A program made the translations under genes and the position numbers. From a virus, in the IMG/VR virus record IMGVR_UViG_3300045988_121102: a stretch of DNA of 64,000 bases. One strand, given 5' to 3'. Every line of letters begins with the position of its first letter. The first letter of the stretch is position 1. Below the pieces are notes generated by a model. The model had not been told where the DNA came from, did not search any database, and saw nothing but the letters and a program-made list of their open reading frames with translations. Below are positions 16,151 through 25,744 of the stretch, in pieces.

Positions 16151-18181
16151 TTATACTGCTGATACAGACAAGTCCTGATTTGTTACTTTTAAAAAGATGA
16201 TCTGGCAATCGGCATTGATGCTTTTCATATTGGAATCATCCAACTCTGCTGCGTAATCAACAAATACTGGTAAATGCATTCCAAAATAATTCTGCAATCC
16301 ATTGATAATTGCGATCTTCCCTTTAATCGCCAGAGCAGTATTTGCACATCCAATCAGCTTTGTCCATTTCTTGTTGGAATCATCAAATACAAACCAATCA
16401 CAGGCATCCATAGCATTTCCATTTTTCTGGTACGTGTAAAGCTGTACCTTTACACCAGAAAAATAAGAATTCACTTCTTCGTCCAGTGTTTCGTTTTTCT
16501 TCATACGGATCGTTTTAACCTGGAAGAGAATCCTATCTGCATCAGCACTTCTTTGTGCGTTTTCCCGTAAGGCCTCTTTCAACTGAGAAATCTGCTCATC
16601 AATTGATTCATTATTCCATGATTTTGAGATTTCCTGTTCTACTGAAATTAACTCTGATTGTTTCTCGCTCAGCAGATGATTATATTCTGCTTTTTTATCT
16701 GCCAAATTAGGAAGACTCTGAACTTCCGCTTTTAAAGATTCAAGCTGCTTTTTGTATTCTTGATATTTTCTGTTTCCATTCATTGATACGGCTCTTTGGA
16801 AATTTTTCATAACAACTGCTGCCGCTTCGTTTCTGCTGGTGATTTGAATCAATTCATCTTCCAGTATCGAGATGGAACTTTCTGCTTCTTCTTTGGCTTT
16901 CTGAGATTCTTCTAATGCTGCTTTCACCGCATTTCCTTCTGTTGCGATTGAATTTAATTGCACCTTTTTTCGCAATTCCCAATCTTCTTTCGCTTTCTGA
17001 GCCACATTAATCCGCTTTTTCTTAGAAGATTCAAACTGTTCTTTAGCTCGAGCAATCTGGTCTTCCGGCATTCTCTGCCCACAAGTAGGGCAAATGGACA
17101 GTTCATCTCCAAAGGATTCTGCTTCAATCTTCTGGATTTCAGAATTATCATATGTAGAATCTCGAAGTGCTTTATATCTTCCTCTTGCATTCTGCAATTC
17201 AAGCGCATTTCTGGTAATGCCACTCTCGGCATGTCTTAAATCTATACGAAGATTTGAGAGCTTGATTTCTACCTGTTCTTTCTCAGAAGTAGATTGAAGA
17301 AACTCTTCATTTTTTCGCTTATATTCTTCGTCTACCTTTTTCTGCGCCTTTTCCTCTTCTGCGATCATCAATGATTTGACTTCATTCATTTTTAAACGAA
17401 GATCATCCACCCGGTTATCATCAGAAAGAGAATCCAACTGTTTCTGAATCTGACTGATTTGCTCTTTAATTGCATTTTTCTGCAACTCAAGTTCAGCCAC
17501 ATCAATATTAACTTTTGCCATTTCCAAACCTTTAATCTGGTCTGGTATCGAATCAATCCGCTCGTCAGCATTTTTCTTCTTGGTTTTATTCATCGCTTCA
17601 ATTTCATCCAGACGATAATCATTCAGCAATTTAGCCACTTCTTCACAGTCCGCACATTCCTGTGCAATCTCTAAATCAGGATGCGTACTTGCCATAGAAA
17701 AAACAACACTTCTCATATCTGCTAATTTCTGATTCGTAAAAGCATCAATGTGGGATAATACAATGAAATTGTCAAAATCAATCCCTTTGATTGCCATATC
17801 CTCTCGAAAGGCTTTCTCGGTTTTTGCCACACCATTGATTTCATATTTGTTGGACAATGTAACCCGAACCGTTCCATCCGCTTTTGGCTTGCTAACGCTC
17901 TTTTTCTGATATTTAGCAATATTGAGCGGTTTTCCATCGATTTCCAGTTCCATGTCTACCCGAGGAACACAATCTCTTTCATCATCTGGTCGAATATCTG
18001 GATTATTCTTTAATAAGTAGTCCTTGTCATCCATCGTCCAATACCAACTATCGGCCAATGTTGTTTTCCCACTTCCATTCTTACCTGCCACAATAGCATT
18101 GCTTCCATTTAACAAGATTTCTTTTTCATGCTGCCCCTTGAAATCGGTCAGTTTGATTCTTTTAATTGATACCCTGCTCAT
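16151..18181 (-). CDS. SbcC/Rad50-like AAA ATPase with coiled coil and CxxC hook
   Basis: Walker A GKNGSGKTT, a long coiled coil and a central CPTCGQ zinc-hook-like motif. Confidence 0.7.
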   Translation of the reverse strand: MSRVSIKRIKLTDFKGQHEKEILLNGSNAIVAGKNGSGKTTLADSWYWTMDDKDYLLKNNPDIRPDDERDCVPRVDMELEIDGKPLNIAKYQKKSVSKPKADGTVRVTLSNKYEINGVAKTEKAFREDMAIKGIDFDNFIVLSHIDAFTNQKLADMRSVVFSMASTHPDLEIAQECADCEEVAKLLNDYRLDEIEAMNKTKKKNADERIDSIPDQIKGLEMAKVNIDVAELELQKNAIKEQISQIQKQLDSLSDDNRVDDLRLKMNEVKSLMIAEEEKAQKKVDEEYKRKNEEFLQSTSEKEQVEIKLSNLRIDLRHAESGITRNALELQNARGRYKALRDSTYDNSEIQKIEAESFGDELSICPTCGQRMPEDQIARAKEQFESSKKKRINVAQKAKEDWELRKKVQLNSIATEGNAVKAALEESQKAKEEAESSISILEDELIQITSRNEAAAVVMKNFQRAVSMNGNRKYQEYKKQLESLKAEVQSLPNLADKKAEYNHLLSEKQSELISVEQEISKSWNNESIDEQISQLKEALRENAQRSADADRILFQVKTIRMKKNETLDEEVNSYFSGVKVQLYTYQKNGNAMDACDWFVFDDSNKKWTKLIGCANTALAIKGKIAIINGLQNYFGMHLPVFVDYAAELDDSNMKSINADCQIIFLKVTNQDLSVSAV

Positions 18182-18803
18182 TCTTCTTTCTTACCCTCGC
18201 TTTCCTTTTGATAACAGTAAAATGATTGACTGCTATTTCGTTTACTATCCTCCACAACCTTATTTTTTTGTCAAAAAAACTCCGGCTCTGCATTCTTCCA
18301 CAAATTGTAACAGTATCTCCATCGCGCAAGAAAGCCGCTGATTTCGCCACATTCGACCAAAGAACACATGGGATGCAATCTATTATTTTCTCATTGCCAT
18401 GACGATCGATACTGACGGATAAATTAACAACCATATTTGAGGGAAGCAAATCCTTAATCATTGGCATCCCTTTTATGCTTCCAAAAATGGTAATTTGATT
18501 TTCGCCCACTGCTGATTCTTCAATATTCTTGATTTCACTGACGTAAACGTAAATTCTCAATCGTGTACGACCATATTCAATAACCTGTCTACTTCTCAGC
18601 AAACCAGAAACTTGAACCCATTTTATGGAACGATCAATCCCATCAAGCAAGCCGTTAGGAATGACCACTTGAATAAAATCAAATTCGCCATTTTTACGTT
18701 TTACCGCTATCGTAGATTCGTACATACTAGGGATATAATTGATGGGAGTAGAAACCCCTGAAAGAATGCCAGAAAGAGTCACTTTGCTTTTTAATTCTTC
18801 CAT
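18162..18803 (-). CDS. hypothetical protein
   Basis: 213-aa ORF overlapping the ATPase start. Confidence 0.45.
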   Translation of the reverse strand: MEELKSKVTLSGILSGVSTPINYIPSMYESTIAVKRKNGEFDFIQVVIPNGLLDGIDRSIKWVQVSGLLRSRQVIEYGRTRLRIYVYVSEIKNIEESAVGENQITIFGSIKGMPMIKDLLPSNMVVNLSVSIDRHGNEKIIDCIPCVLWSNVAKSAAFLRDGDTVTICGRMQSRSFFDKKIRLWRIVNEIAVNHFTVIKRKARVRKKNEQGIN

Positions 18804-18821
18804 TTTTCACTCCACCAATTT

Positions 18822-20087
18822 TTATCTAACTTCACAAAAATTCCCGTCAACAAGGCGATAAAATACATCTTCTTTGATCCTCGTTCCGTCAACATGTTCC
18901 GTTTTTACGCACTTAGGAATCCATTCCCCATCTTCTTGAACCCATTCTGCTAAAGTAATCCAACTTCCGATTTTTGCCTTTGCAATAGACTTGTATCCAG
19001 CTGCCATTACAACAGCGTTTTTGCCAGTTGATTTAATCTGGGCGGAATCTCCAGAACTTCCAATCTGGGCGGAATTTCCAGAACTTCCAATCTGGGCGTA
19101 ATCTCCAGAACTTCCAATCTGGGCGTAATATCCAGAACTTCCAATCTTGGCGGAATATCCAGAACTTCCAATCTGGGCGTAATTTCCAGAACTTCCAATC
19201 TGGGCGTAATCTCCAGAACTTCCAATCTGGGCGGAATTTCCAGAACTTCCAATCTTGGCGTAATCTCCAGAACTTCCAATCTGGGCGGAATATCCAGAAC
19301 TTCCAATCTTGGCGGAATATCCAGAACTTCCAATCTGGGCGTAATTTCCAGAACTTCCAATCTGGGCGTAATCTCCAGAACTTCCAATCTTGGCGGAATC
19401 TCCAGAACTTCCAATCTTGGCGGAATCTCCAGAACTTCCAATCTTGGCGGAATTTCCAGAACTTCCAATCTGGGCGTAATCTCCAGAACTTCCAATCTTG
19501 GCGGAATTTCCAGAACTTCCAATCTGGGCGTAATCTCCAGAACTTCCAATCTTGGCGGAATTTCCAGAACTTCCAATCTGGGCGTAATCTCCAGAACTTC
19601 CAATCTTGGCGGAATTTCCAGAACTTCCAATCTGGGCGTAATCTCCAGAACTTCCAATCTTGGCGGAATTTCCAGAACTTCCAATCTGGGCGTAATCTCC
19701 AGAGTCTGTTTCTGGGAGATCTTCAAGAGTCTTTGTATTAAGTTCTAATTTCTCAAACGATGTTTTTTCAATCGTGAAATCAACAGCAGCATTGATAAAA
19801 CCTTTCAGCCCCAATTTCGCCCCAATGTGAATTTTATTTGTCGCTGATTTGGTTCCGTCTCTTTTTATGTCTCCCAGAGCCTCGACCTCGGCAAAATCAG
19901 AAAATTTCCCGTCTGAATTTACCAAATCATAATGATTCAGGCAATCAAATGGATTCTGGCAATAATGCATCATTCCCTCTTTGCACGCTGCGACATTTCC
20001 AGACTCCTCAAAGGTTGTGTTTTCGGTGTACTGTTTTCCACGGCAAATTAATCCTGGATCAAATGCCTTGTATCCTTTTTCTCCCAA
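18822..20087 (-). CDS. repeat protein: globular N- and C-terminal domains flanking ~25 x 9-aa IGSSGxxA(Q/K) repeats
   Basis: The translation shows IGSSGDYAQ/IGSSGNSAK units. From memory only, the N-terminus (YKAFDPGLICRGKQY) resembles a phage-associated DUF. Confidence 0.6.
   Translation of the reverse strand: MGEKGYKAFDPGLICRGKQYTENTTFEESGNVAACKEGMMHYCQNPFDCLNHYDLVNSDGKFSDFAEVEALGDIKRDGTKSATNKIHIGAKLGLKGFINAAVDFTIEKTSFEKLELNTKTLEDLPETDSGDYAQIGSSGNSAKIGSSGDYAQIGSSGNSAKIGSSGDYAQIGSSGNSAKIGSSGDYAQIGSSGNSAKIGSSGDYAQIGSSGNSAKIGSSGDSAKIGSSGDSAKIGSSGDYAQIGSSGNYAQIGSSGYSAKIGSSGYSAQIGSSGDYAKIGSSGNSAQIGSSGDYAQIGSSGNYAQIGSSGYSAKIGSSGYYAQIGSSGDYAQIGSSGNSAQIGSSGDSAQIKSTGKNAVVMAAGYKSIAKAKIGSWITLAEWVQEDGEWIPKCVKTEHVDGTRIKEDVFYRLVDGNFCEVR
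19030..19705 (-). repeat. 27-nt tandem coding repeat (~25 copies)
   Basis: ccagaacttccaatct(g/t)ggcg(g/t)aat(c/t)t is reiterated head to tail. Confidence 0.9.
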
Positions 20088-20090
20088 TTT

Positions 20091-20354
20091 TTATTTCCCC
20101 TTTCTGATTTTTTCATCCAAGTATCTGGTAAGTGTGTAGCAATCAATGAAATCATGTACATCTGCCAGATCCTCTGTTTCAAATTCCCAAAACGACGAAA
20201 CGCCATATTCGCGTTTGATCTGGGAATCAATATCAAACTGGACATCCCGGCAGAACTTCACATATGCAGCCGTTCGAATTTCTCCGAATATCTTGAATGT
20301 TTTTCTTTTGATGTGGCTGTAAATCTCTTCTACCTCTTCCCTAATCAAAGACAT
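20091..20354 (-). CDS. hypothetical protein
   Basis: 87-aa ORF. Confidence 0.4.
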   Translation of the reverse strand: MSLIREEVEEIYSHIKRKTFKIFGEIRTAAYVKFCRDVQFDIDSQIKREYGVSSFWEFETEDLADVHDFIDCYTLTRYLDEKIRKGK

Positions 20355-20374
20355 TCTCTTCTTTACCTCCTAAA

Positions 20375-20695
20375 TTAACTGATTTTTTCTGCGATTTCAT
20401 CAATATCAATCACATAACCAGCCCAAACGTCCGTCTTGCCGTTAGCCCCATAAATCTCGAACGTACCATCTATTTTTCTGTAAACATCCATGCCATCGTA
20501 CTTTTTCATGGAATCCAGACAAAACTGGACATTACGGAAATAGATACCGTCATCAACTATCTGCTCATAATCTTCATATGTAAAAAGATTCACTCCGCAG
20601 AACTGTTCCGCTTTCATTTCACTTTTCATTTTTTCTCCTATCCTATCAGTTATTGAGACTGGCACTTGTCTTTTAAAGTCCTCTCTGCACCACAC
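20375..20695 (-). CDS. hypothetical protein
   Basis: 106-aa ORF. Confidence 0.4.
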   Translation of the reverse strand: MWCREDFKRQVPVSITDRIGEKMKSEMKAEQFCGVNLFTYEDYEQIVDDGIYFRNVQFCLDSMKKYDGMDVYRKIDGTFEIYGANGKTDVWAGYVIDIDEIAEKIS

Positions 20696-20816
20696 AATGC
20701 ATTGAGTGCCACGATTTCAATTCCAAGTCTATCATCTGGACTCTTGTTTTCAGCTCTTACAGCCTCGATGTCTGCCATGATGTAGTCGGCAAGTTTTTTG
20801 ATATTTTCCTGCATGG

Positions 20817-21566
20817 TCATAATGTCTCGCTTCCTTTCTTGTTGAGAAATTTGTTTACAAAATAAACTTGTGCTTTACCGGTCACTTTTGGAGTTCTGGT
20901 TATGATATTGCAACCGTTTCCATTGATATGGGTACTTTCCTTAATTTCAAAAAGCCCCATTTCCATCGCTTTTTGCGTTGGCATATTCCAGTCTGCGCCT
21001 TTTCTTTTTATGAGATATCCATTCTCTCTCATCCACTCAAACAAGCGTCTCTGCCCGATTTTCACACCGTTCTGTTTGATCAGCTTTGCCAGGTCTCCAA
21101 CAAGAATAGATGTATGGCTTGTCGAAACTGCATCTGCGAAGATTTCCTTTGGCTTCATTCGCTCGTTATCTTCAAGTAAGATTGCATTACTAGATTTCAG
21201 CTTTTCTATCTCCCGATCTGCCATCTTCAAGGCTCTTGCAAAAATCTGTTCCGGTGTGTTCCACGCCTTTTCAAGATCGATGAAATACTGACGGTACAAT
21301 CTGCCTTTTTCAGATCTCTGGATCATGCAAATCTGCTTTGCCATATCAACAGAAATCTGGTAATCAACCATGTTCTGATTACCGCCAAGGGTAGGACATT
21401 TTTGGTACACCCTTTTCCAATCTACATTTTCTGTAAATCCATATTCAGCCATACGCGGAAACCATTTTCTAAAATCAGTACCAATTTCTAACCCCGCGTG
21501 CAATTCTCTTGCTGATACGGTAGGCTGCTCTCCGTCGTAGTTGACAGGAATTAGTGCTGTGGTCAT
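20817..21566 (-). CDS. antirepressor (AntA-like N-terminal domain, KilA-C-like C-terminal domain)
   Basis: VSARELHAGLEIGTDFRKWFPRMAEYGFTENVDW and LAKLIKQNGVKIGQRRLFEWMRENGYL. Confidence 0.65.
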   Translation of the reverse strand: MTTALIPVNYDGEQPTVSARELHAGLEIGTDFRKWFPRMAEYGFTENVDWKRVYQKCPTLGGNQNMVDYQISVDMAKQICMIQRSEKGRLYRQYFIDLEKAWNTPEQIFARALKMADREIEKLKSSNAILLEDNERMKPKEIFADAVSTSHTSILVGDLAKLIKQNGVKIGQRRLFEWMRENGYLIKRKGADWNMPTQKAMEMGLFEIKESTHINGNGCNIITRTPKVTGKAQVYFVNKFLNKKGSETL

Positions 21567-21584
21567 TTAATCACCTCTTTCTTA

Positions 21585-21803
21585 TCAGTCTTGTACAATG
21601 AAGTTTTCCAATGGCACTCCAAAATGTTTTGCAATCAATAAGATTTTATCTGCTTTTGGTACATAGCCACTTTTCCCATCCGTTTCGGAATGCTTTTTCC
21701 AGTTAGCAATCGTAGCGGACTGTACTCCCGTTTCTTTACATACCTGATAAGTTGTTTCTCCTTTTTCTTTGCAGAGATTTTCATATACAAGATAGTTAAA
21801 CAA
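21585..21803 (-). CDS. Cro-like XRE-family HTH regulator
   Basis: 72 aa containing TTYQVCKETGVQSATIANWKK, divergent from the CI-like gene. Confidence 0.7.
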   Translation of the reverse strand: MFNYLVYENLCKEKGETTYQVCKETGVQSATIANWKKHSETDGKSGYVPKADKILLIAKHFGVPLENFIVQD

Positions 21804-21818
21804 TCTTAGACTCCTTTC

Positions 21819-21847
21819 TTGACATTAACTAAGATTTCTTATATAAT
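21819..21847 (+). promoter_or_regulatory. consensus sigma-70-type promoter toward the CI-like gene, overlapped by an operator half-palindrome
   Basis: TTGACA, 17 nt, TATAAT. The spacer contains CTAAGATTTCTTA. Confidence 0.6.
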
Positions 21848-21933
21848 GAAGTTGCCAACAAACAATTACATAAGTCACTTAATTTTAGCCATGATGTTTT
21901 GCTAATTTATCTTAGTGTTACAATTTGATTTTA

Positions 21934-21947
21934 CTAAGATTTCTTAG
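21934..21947. promoter_or_regulatory. operator palindrome CTAAGATTTCTTAG
   Basis: Perfect inverted repeat. Additional (T)CTTAG half-sites occur at about 21805, 21911, 21974 and 22007. Confidence 0.55.
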
Positions 21948-22031
21948 TTCTTGTATAGAATATCATAGTTTTCTTAGTATGTCAATAATTTTAAATTAAG
22001 TTATCTTAGTTTTTTTACAAAGGAGGATCGT

Positions 22032-22373
22032 ATGTACTACGAAAATTTTGAACGTCTATGCAAGGAAAATTCTGTAAGTCCTGGTCAAGTTTCGACAAAT
22101 ACTCAGATTTCTACGGCAACATTAACTAGCTGGAAAAAAGGAGCTTATACGCCCAAGATTGATAAGCTGCAAAAAATTGCTGATTATTTCAACGTATCTA
22201 TTTCCTATCTTTTAACAGGTAAGAATCCAGAAGATTTTTCAGACGAGGCAGCGCATTTGGCAGAGAAAATAAGAAAAGACACCGGACTGTCCGATGCATT
22301 GAAGAAATACTTCGAGCTGTCCGATGCCAAAAAGAAGCACGTTGTTGAATTGATTAACTTATTTAGCGAATGA
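22032..22373 (+). CDS. CI-like XRE-family repressor
   Basis: VSPGQVSTNTQISTATLTSWKKG HTH. This is the only convincing plus-strand operon, and the gene has a GGAGG ribosome-binding site. Confidence 0.7.
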   Translation: MYYENFERLCKENSVSPGQVSTNTQISTATLTSWKKGAYTPKIDKLQKIADYFNVSISYLLTGKNPEDFSDEAAHLAEKIRKDTGLSDALKKYFELSDAKKKHVVELINLFSE

Positions 22374-22762
22374 GGTGTATTATGGGGTATTTTGATGATT
22401 TTTCCAAAATTGATATTAGTCAAATCAAGTTGCCTAATATAGAACCGTTGCCGTTAGCGTATTCATATTCAGACACTCAATTCGAAATTCTTACTCGGCA
22501 TATAAAAGAATTCGAATCAAAACTTGATTCGGAACACGAAGTAGGACTTCTTCTTACTAATTTTGGTCAAACTGTTACTATGCAAGTTACTGAAATCAGT
22601 TATGAAAAATCCGTACTCATGATTTTTAAAGGCTACGTTGATGGCAAAATATCTACTCTTATACAACATATAAATCAGTTGAATTTTTTGCTCACATCAT
22701 TGGATAAGAGCGATGATCAACCCAAAAAACCTATCGGATTTGTTCTTCCATCCGAACAATAG
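22370..22762 (+). CDS. hypothetical protein co-transcribed with the repressor
   Basis: 130-aa ORF with an ATGA overlap with the CI-like gene. Confidence 0.5.
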   Translation: MRCIMGYFDDFSKIDISQIKLPNIEPLPLAYSYSDTQFEILTRHIKEFESKLDSEHEVGLLLTNFGQTVTMQVTEISYEKSVLMIFKGYVDGKISTLIQHINQLNFLLTSLDKSDDQPKKPIGFVLPSEQ

Positions 22763-23003
22763 ATTCTTGTAATGCTTGGATCATGTTTGCCTGCTGACCT
22801 ATCAGGTCAATAATCAAATACATAAGCGCCGCAGATGGAAGTCCCGTTCTGTTTAATGGGTCTTCCATTTTTGCTTGCACTTGTTGATGCATCTCCATTG
22901 TGTATGCTGCGTGTTTCCCAAAACACTTCTCAGTAACAAAACTATCCTCAGCCATTCGAAGCTCTTCGCCACTGGCTTCTATCACCCTATTGGTCATCTT
23001 CAT
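22731..23003 (-). CDS. hypothetical protein
   Basis: The start is moved to the MKMTNRV ATG, which follows GGGAGGAGAGG. Confidence 0.4.
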   Translation of the reverse strand: MKMTNRVIEASGEELRMAEDSFVTEKCFGKHAAYTMEMHQQVQAKMEDPLNRTGLPSAALMYLIIDLIGQQANMIQALQESIVRMEEQIR

Positions 23004-23109
23004 CCTCTCCTCCCACAATATCGTTAACAATAATGTAAATGTATCTTAGCTTTTTCTCTTCATCAATGCGCTGAAGAAGCTGCGCGATCTGTTCCCTGTA
23101 ATTTTCCAT
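22987..23109 (-). CDS. small acidic protein (40 aa), paralog of 40229-40348
   Basis: MENYREQIAQLLQRIDEEKKLRYIYIIVNDIVGGEDEDDQ compared with MDYKKNINKMLEDIDDPKILRYIHIIVKDIYDDVEEDKD. Confidence 0.4.
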   Translation of the reverse strand: MENYREQIAQLLQRIDEEKKLRYIYIIVNDIVGGEDEDDQ

Positions 23110-23363
23110 GTTCAACCCTCCCCGTACTAGGCTGCCTGTTCTTGTTTTAAGAACACTTGTTCGATGTTGATATTCTACATCATCTGACCGTTACTGTCAA
23201 GTTAGGTCTTATTCCTAGTATATGCATCGAAAGCGGGTTTATTCTTGGAAACTAAACTTTTATGAATATTTTACACCGAAACTGTTGGATGTGGGAAGTC
23301 ACTTGATTCTTAACGAAATAGTGAGAGTTTTTTTATTCCAATATCATATTTTAAAACCAATAT

Positions 23364-23406
23364 AAATAAAACAAAAGCGGATCAACCAATTAAGGAAGAT
23401 CCGCTT
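23364..23406 (-). terminator. rho-independent terminator after the endolysin gene
   Basis: AAGCGGATC...GATCCGCTT stem followed by a U-rich tract. Confidence 0.7.
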
Positions 23407-23409
23407 CTT

Positions 23410-24258
23410 TCATGATTTATATTCATGATTCTGGAAATCATATTCTCCAACGATTTGCAATGCACCTGTTTTATCAGTTACCATGCATTGTCCTTCATGT
23501 ATTGTTTTGTCTGGGCAAAGAAAATATTTTTTCCCATCTGGTCCGTTATGATAACCAGTCAGCATATATCCCTCATCGTCAAACAGATACCATCCAGAAG
23601 TCCCGCCTGTTTTTTCTGTCAGCCAAAACCATCCGCTGTGCGCATAGCTTCCATCACTGTAGCGATACCACCAACGATTTCCGTCGGCGGCTTGAACGAA
23701 TCCTTCCGGCACTTTTACCGGCTCTTTTTGAGAGATTGCAGCTTTGAAATCTGCCCATGTATGTTTTGTATGATTATAGACATACGGATTCGGGCAAATT
23801 TTTCTAGTAACATCATAATGGCGAATAACTCTATCAGCTGGAACGTTGTATTTCTTCATCAATTCCCTGGTAAGTTGAATTGCGCTTTGAACTGTATCAT
23901 CCTCAAAATACCAATCTCGGCTGGTATCCGCCTTACTGCCTTTGTTTCTTACGCATAATTCGATGCCGATTGAATTAGAATTTCTACATTCTGGATGCAA
24001 ATATTTCCCCCTGGTTCCGCAGTGCCAAGCAATATTTTTAGCTTCAACTGATTGCCAGATTTCTCCGCTGAATCCAACATAGTAATGAGCGGATGCGCCT
24101 ACATATTGGCTTGCATAATAATTGCAGTTTGCTTCTGCACCGCCTGTTGCACCTACATAATGAATTACAATATATTTGATTCGATTGATACTCCCCGGTT
24201 TATAATTATATGGTGTCAGCTTTTTTTTAATCTCCATCATTAACACCTTCTTCTCCAT
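23410..24258 (-). CDS. N-acetylmuramoyl-L-alanine amidase endolysin with C-terminal cell-wall-binding repeats
   Basis: Amidase_2-like IVIHYVGA..SAHYYVG..NIAWHCG and GW/YF repeats (GWFWLTEKTGGTSGWYLFDDEGYMLTG). The true start may be the MMEIKKK ATG. Confidence 0.8.
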   Translation of the reverse strand: MEKKVLMMEIKKKLTPYNYKPGSINRIKYIVIHYVGATGGAEANCNYYASQYVGASAHYYVGFSGEIWQSVEAKNIAWHCGTRGKYLHPECRNSNSIGIELCVRNKGSKADTSRDWYFEDDTVQSAIQLTRELMKKYNVPADRVIRHYDVTRKICPNPYVYNHTKHTWADFKAAISQKEPVKVPEGFVQAADGNRWWYRYSDGSYAHSGWFWLTEKTGGTSGWYLFDDEGYMLTGYHNGPDGKKYFLCPDKTIHEGQCMVTDKTGALQIVGEYDFQNHEYKS

Positions 24259-24391
24259 GAGCGCCCATTTTATCAGGATTTAGTGCATTTAAAAACTCTT
24301 CCAGTTCTTCTGGCTTTGCATCCTTTACTTCTTGCTGTAATTTGGAAAATGATTTTTCTCCAATCTCAAGCCTTTGTTCACTTTTTATCAT
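24227..24391 (-). CDS. small soluble protein (54 aa) upstream of the endolysin
   Basis: GGAGG ribosome-binding site and no transmembrane segment. Confidence 0.4.
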   Translation of the reverse strand: MIKSEQRLEIGEKSFSKLQQEVKDAKPEELEEFLNALNPDKMGAHGEEGVNDGD

Positions 24392-24458
24392 TCTTACCTC
24401 CAAGAAAAAACGGACGATTCAAAAAATTAGAACCGCCCGCATATAAGTGGAAAACAGA

Positions 24459-24686
24459 CTATTTGCAATCGTCAGCCGGTCCCGGCTTTTTTGTTTCTGC
24501 TCCCGGACCTACTGGTGTATTCCCTTTCCCCTCTTTTGCTGGACCAGTACATCCAACATCACAGGTACAATCTGGATCCACGGTCATTTCCGGGTGCCCC
24601 AATTTTACTGCTTTCTTTGCCGAATAGTTATGTGCGTCATTTGCATTTGTTGTGCCATGAACAGGGCATACATTTTTATCGCTCAT
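24459..24686 (-). CDS. small Cys/Gly/Pro-rich protein (75 aa)
   Basis: Has a ribosome-binding site and a downstream G.U-containing hairpin plus U6 terminator. The region is locally GC-richer. Confidence 0.45.
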   Translation of the reverse strand: MSDKNVCPVHGTTNANDAHNYSAKKAVKLGHPEMTVDPDCTCDVGCTGPAKEGKGNTPVGPGAETKKPGPADDCK

Positions 24687-24772
24687 ATTTTATACCTTAC
24701 CTTTCTTCTGTGCGTATAATATGTTTTAAATCGGGATTCTGCCCGATCCAGAGATAAAGGATCACCGCCTTT

Positions 24773-24901
24773 CTAAGCAAGTGAAAGAATCTCGTTTTCC
24801 TGCTCCAGGGAAATCCATCCCTTTAAAACCGCTTTATCTAAGCCTGCTTTATCAATCTTTTGAGGCTTGGATAAGTACATTCTTCTTAAAATGTTATACA
24901 T
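24773..24901 (-). CDS. XkdX-like small protein (42 aa)
   Basis: ..LDKAVLKGWISLEQENEILS resembles the XkdX family pattern. Confidence 0.45.
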   Translation of the reverse strand: MYNILRRMYLSKPQKIDKAGLDKAVLKGWISLEQENEILSLA

Positions 24902-24906
24902 GATTT

Positions 24907-25293
24907 TCACGCTCCTAACTGATCCAGAATCAGCATATCGACAGCACTTTGGAGATCTGCATATTTTTGCTGCAAATCCGGTTTCGACATGGTAACAATT
25001 AATACAGTTACAGCCTTTTCGTTTCCATCTTCATCGGTACCTACCGAATAATCTGGTTCCTTTTTCATGCCTTTGTACTGTGTGTATCCTACAATAGACC
25101 GCATTACTTCATTTGCAGAATCCAAAACATAGATTTTTTCTGTATTTGATTCGCTTGTGAACTCTGCTTCTACTTGCTCGAATGTCTTAGATGAATCTGG
25201 AATGAATACAAAATTGATTTCGTCTCCATTTTCCTGCACTCCATTTGCAACAAGCTCATAAATCTGTCCGCCAGAAAGTTTTAATGATTCCAT
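24907..25293 (-). CDS. hypothetical tail-fibre-associated protein
   Basis: 128-aa ORF between the fibre region and the XkdX-like gene. Confidence 0.4.
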   Translation of the reverse strand: MESLKLSGGQIYELVANGVQENGDEINFVFIPDSSKTFEQVEAEFTSESNTEKIYVLDSANEVMRSIVGYTQYKGMKKEPDYSVGTDEDGNEKAVTVLIVTMSKPDLQQKYADLQSAVDMLILDQLGA

Positions 25294-25364
25294 CGTGTTC
25301 CCCTTTCTGAATTTGATAAAGTTATCATACGATAAAAGCTTTTCTTGTAAAAAGTCATTTTAGA

Positions 25365-25375
25365 TTAAATAGCGA
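25365..25375 (+). repeat. recombination-core copy A (TTAAATAGCGA)
   Basis: Identical over 11 nt to the minus-sense core inside gene 27406-27951. Confidence 0.55.
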
Positions 25376-25733
25376 GGCTTTTTTTGTTCCTGTATCCTAT
25401 TTCAGAGACAAAATAAATAAAACCTATTCAAGAATAGAAGTTTTCATCTTCGGAAAACTTGTAGTGATAAGGGTTAACGTACTTGTTGATGATTTTGATA
25501 AATATTACGGTGAAGCAACGGATGACTTAAGAAATATCCCAGCTTTGGCACATTTAAGTGATACTCTTGAAGTTCGAACACCCGGAAGCCTTAGAACAAG
25601 TGACAACGTTACCACCCTGAAACAATGCGGAACCGTCCTAATAAGTGGCGGAAAAATATTCGCCGCTATTCCTGAAAAGATAATTTCATCAGGATATATA
25701 AGTGGTCAAATCATCACATATTTATTACAGTGA
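25368..25733 (+). other. silent tail-fibre C-terminal cassette 1 (121 codons, no start codon or ribosome-binding site)
   Basis: Open frame from AAT AGC GAG (N-S-E) to a TGA that abuts core B, in the same codon phase as the core in the expressed gene. Confidence 0.6.
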
Positions 25734-25744
25734 AATAGCGACCT
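25733..25744 (+). repeat. recombination-core copy B (AAATAGCGACCT)
   Basis: 12/12 identity to the minus-sense core at 27596-27607. Confidence 0.6.

Noticed and set aside
19030-19705. A highly regular short repeat array that could be mistaken for a CRISPR array or a satellite.
   Set aside because: The units are contiguous 27-mers with no spacers. They lie in frame inside a 421-aa ORF with flanking non-repeat domains. ORF 19007-19726 (PRLEVLEI repeats) is only the shadow frame of the same repeats.
25731-25733. An in-frame TGA joins two long plus-strand open frames (25464-25733 and 25734-26027). This could indicate TGA recoding, selenocysteine or a simple pseudogene.
   Set aside because: TGA, TAG and TAA all terminate intact genes elsewhere in the window, and no suppressor tRNA is seen. 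The TGA sits exactly at a recombination-core copy, so it is better read as the end of silent cassette 1 and the start of cassette 2.
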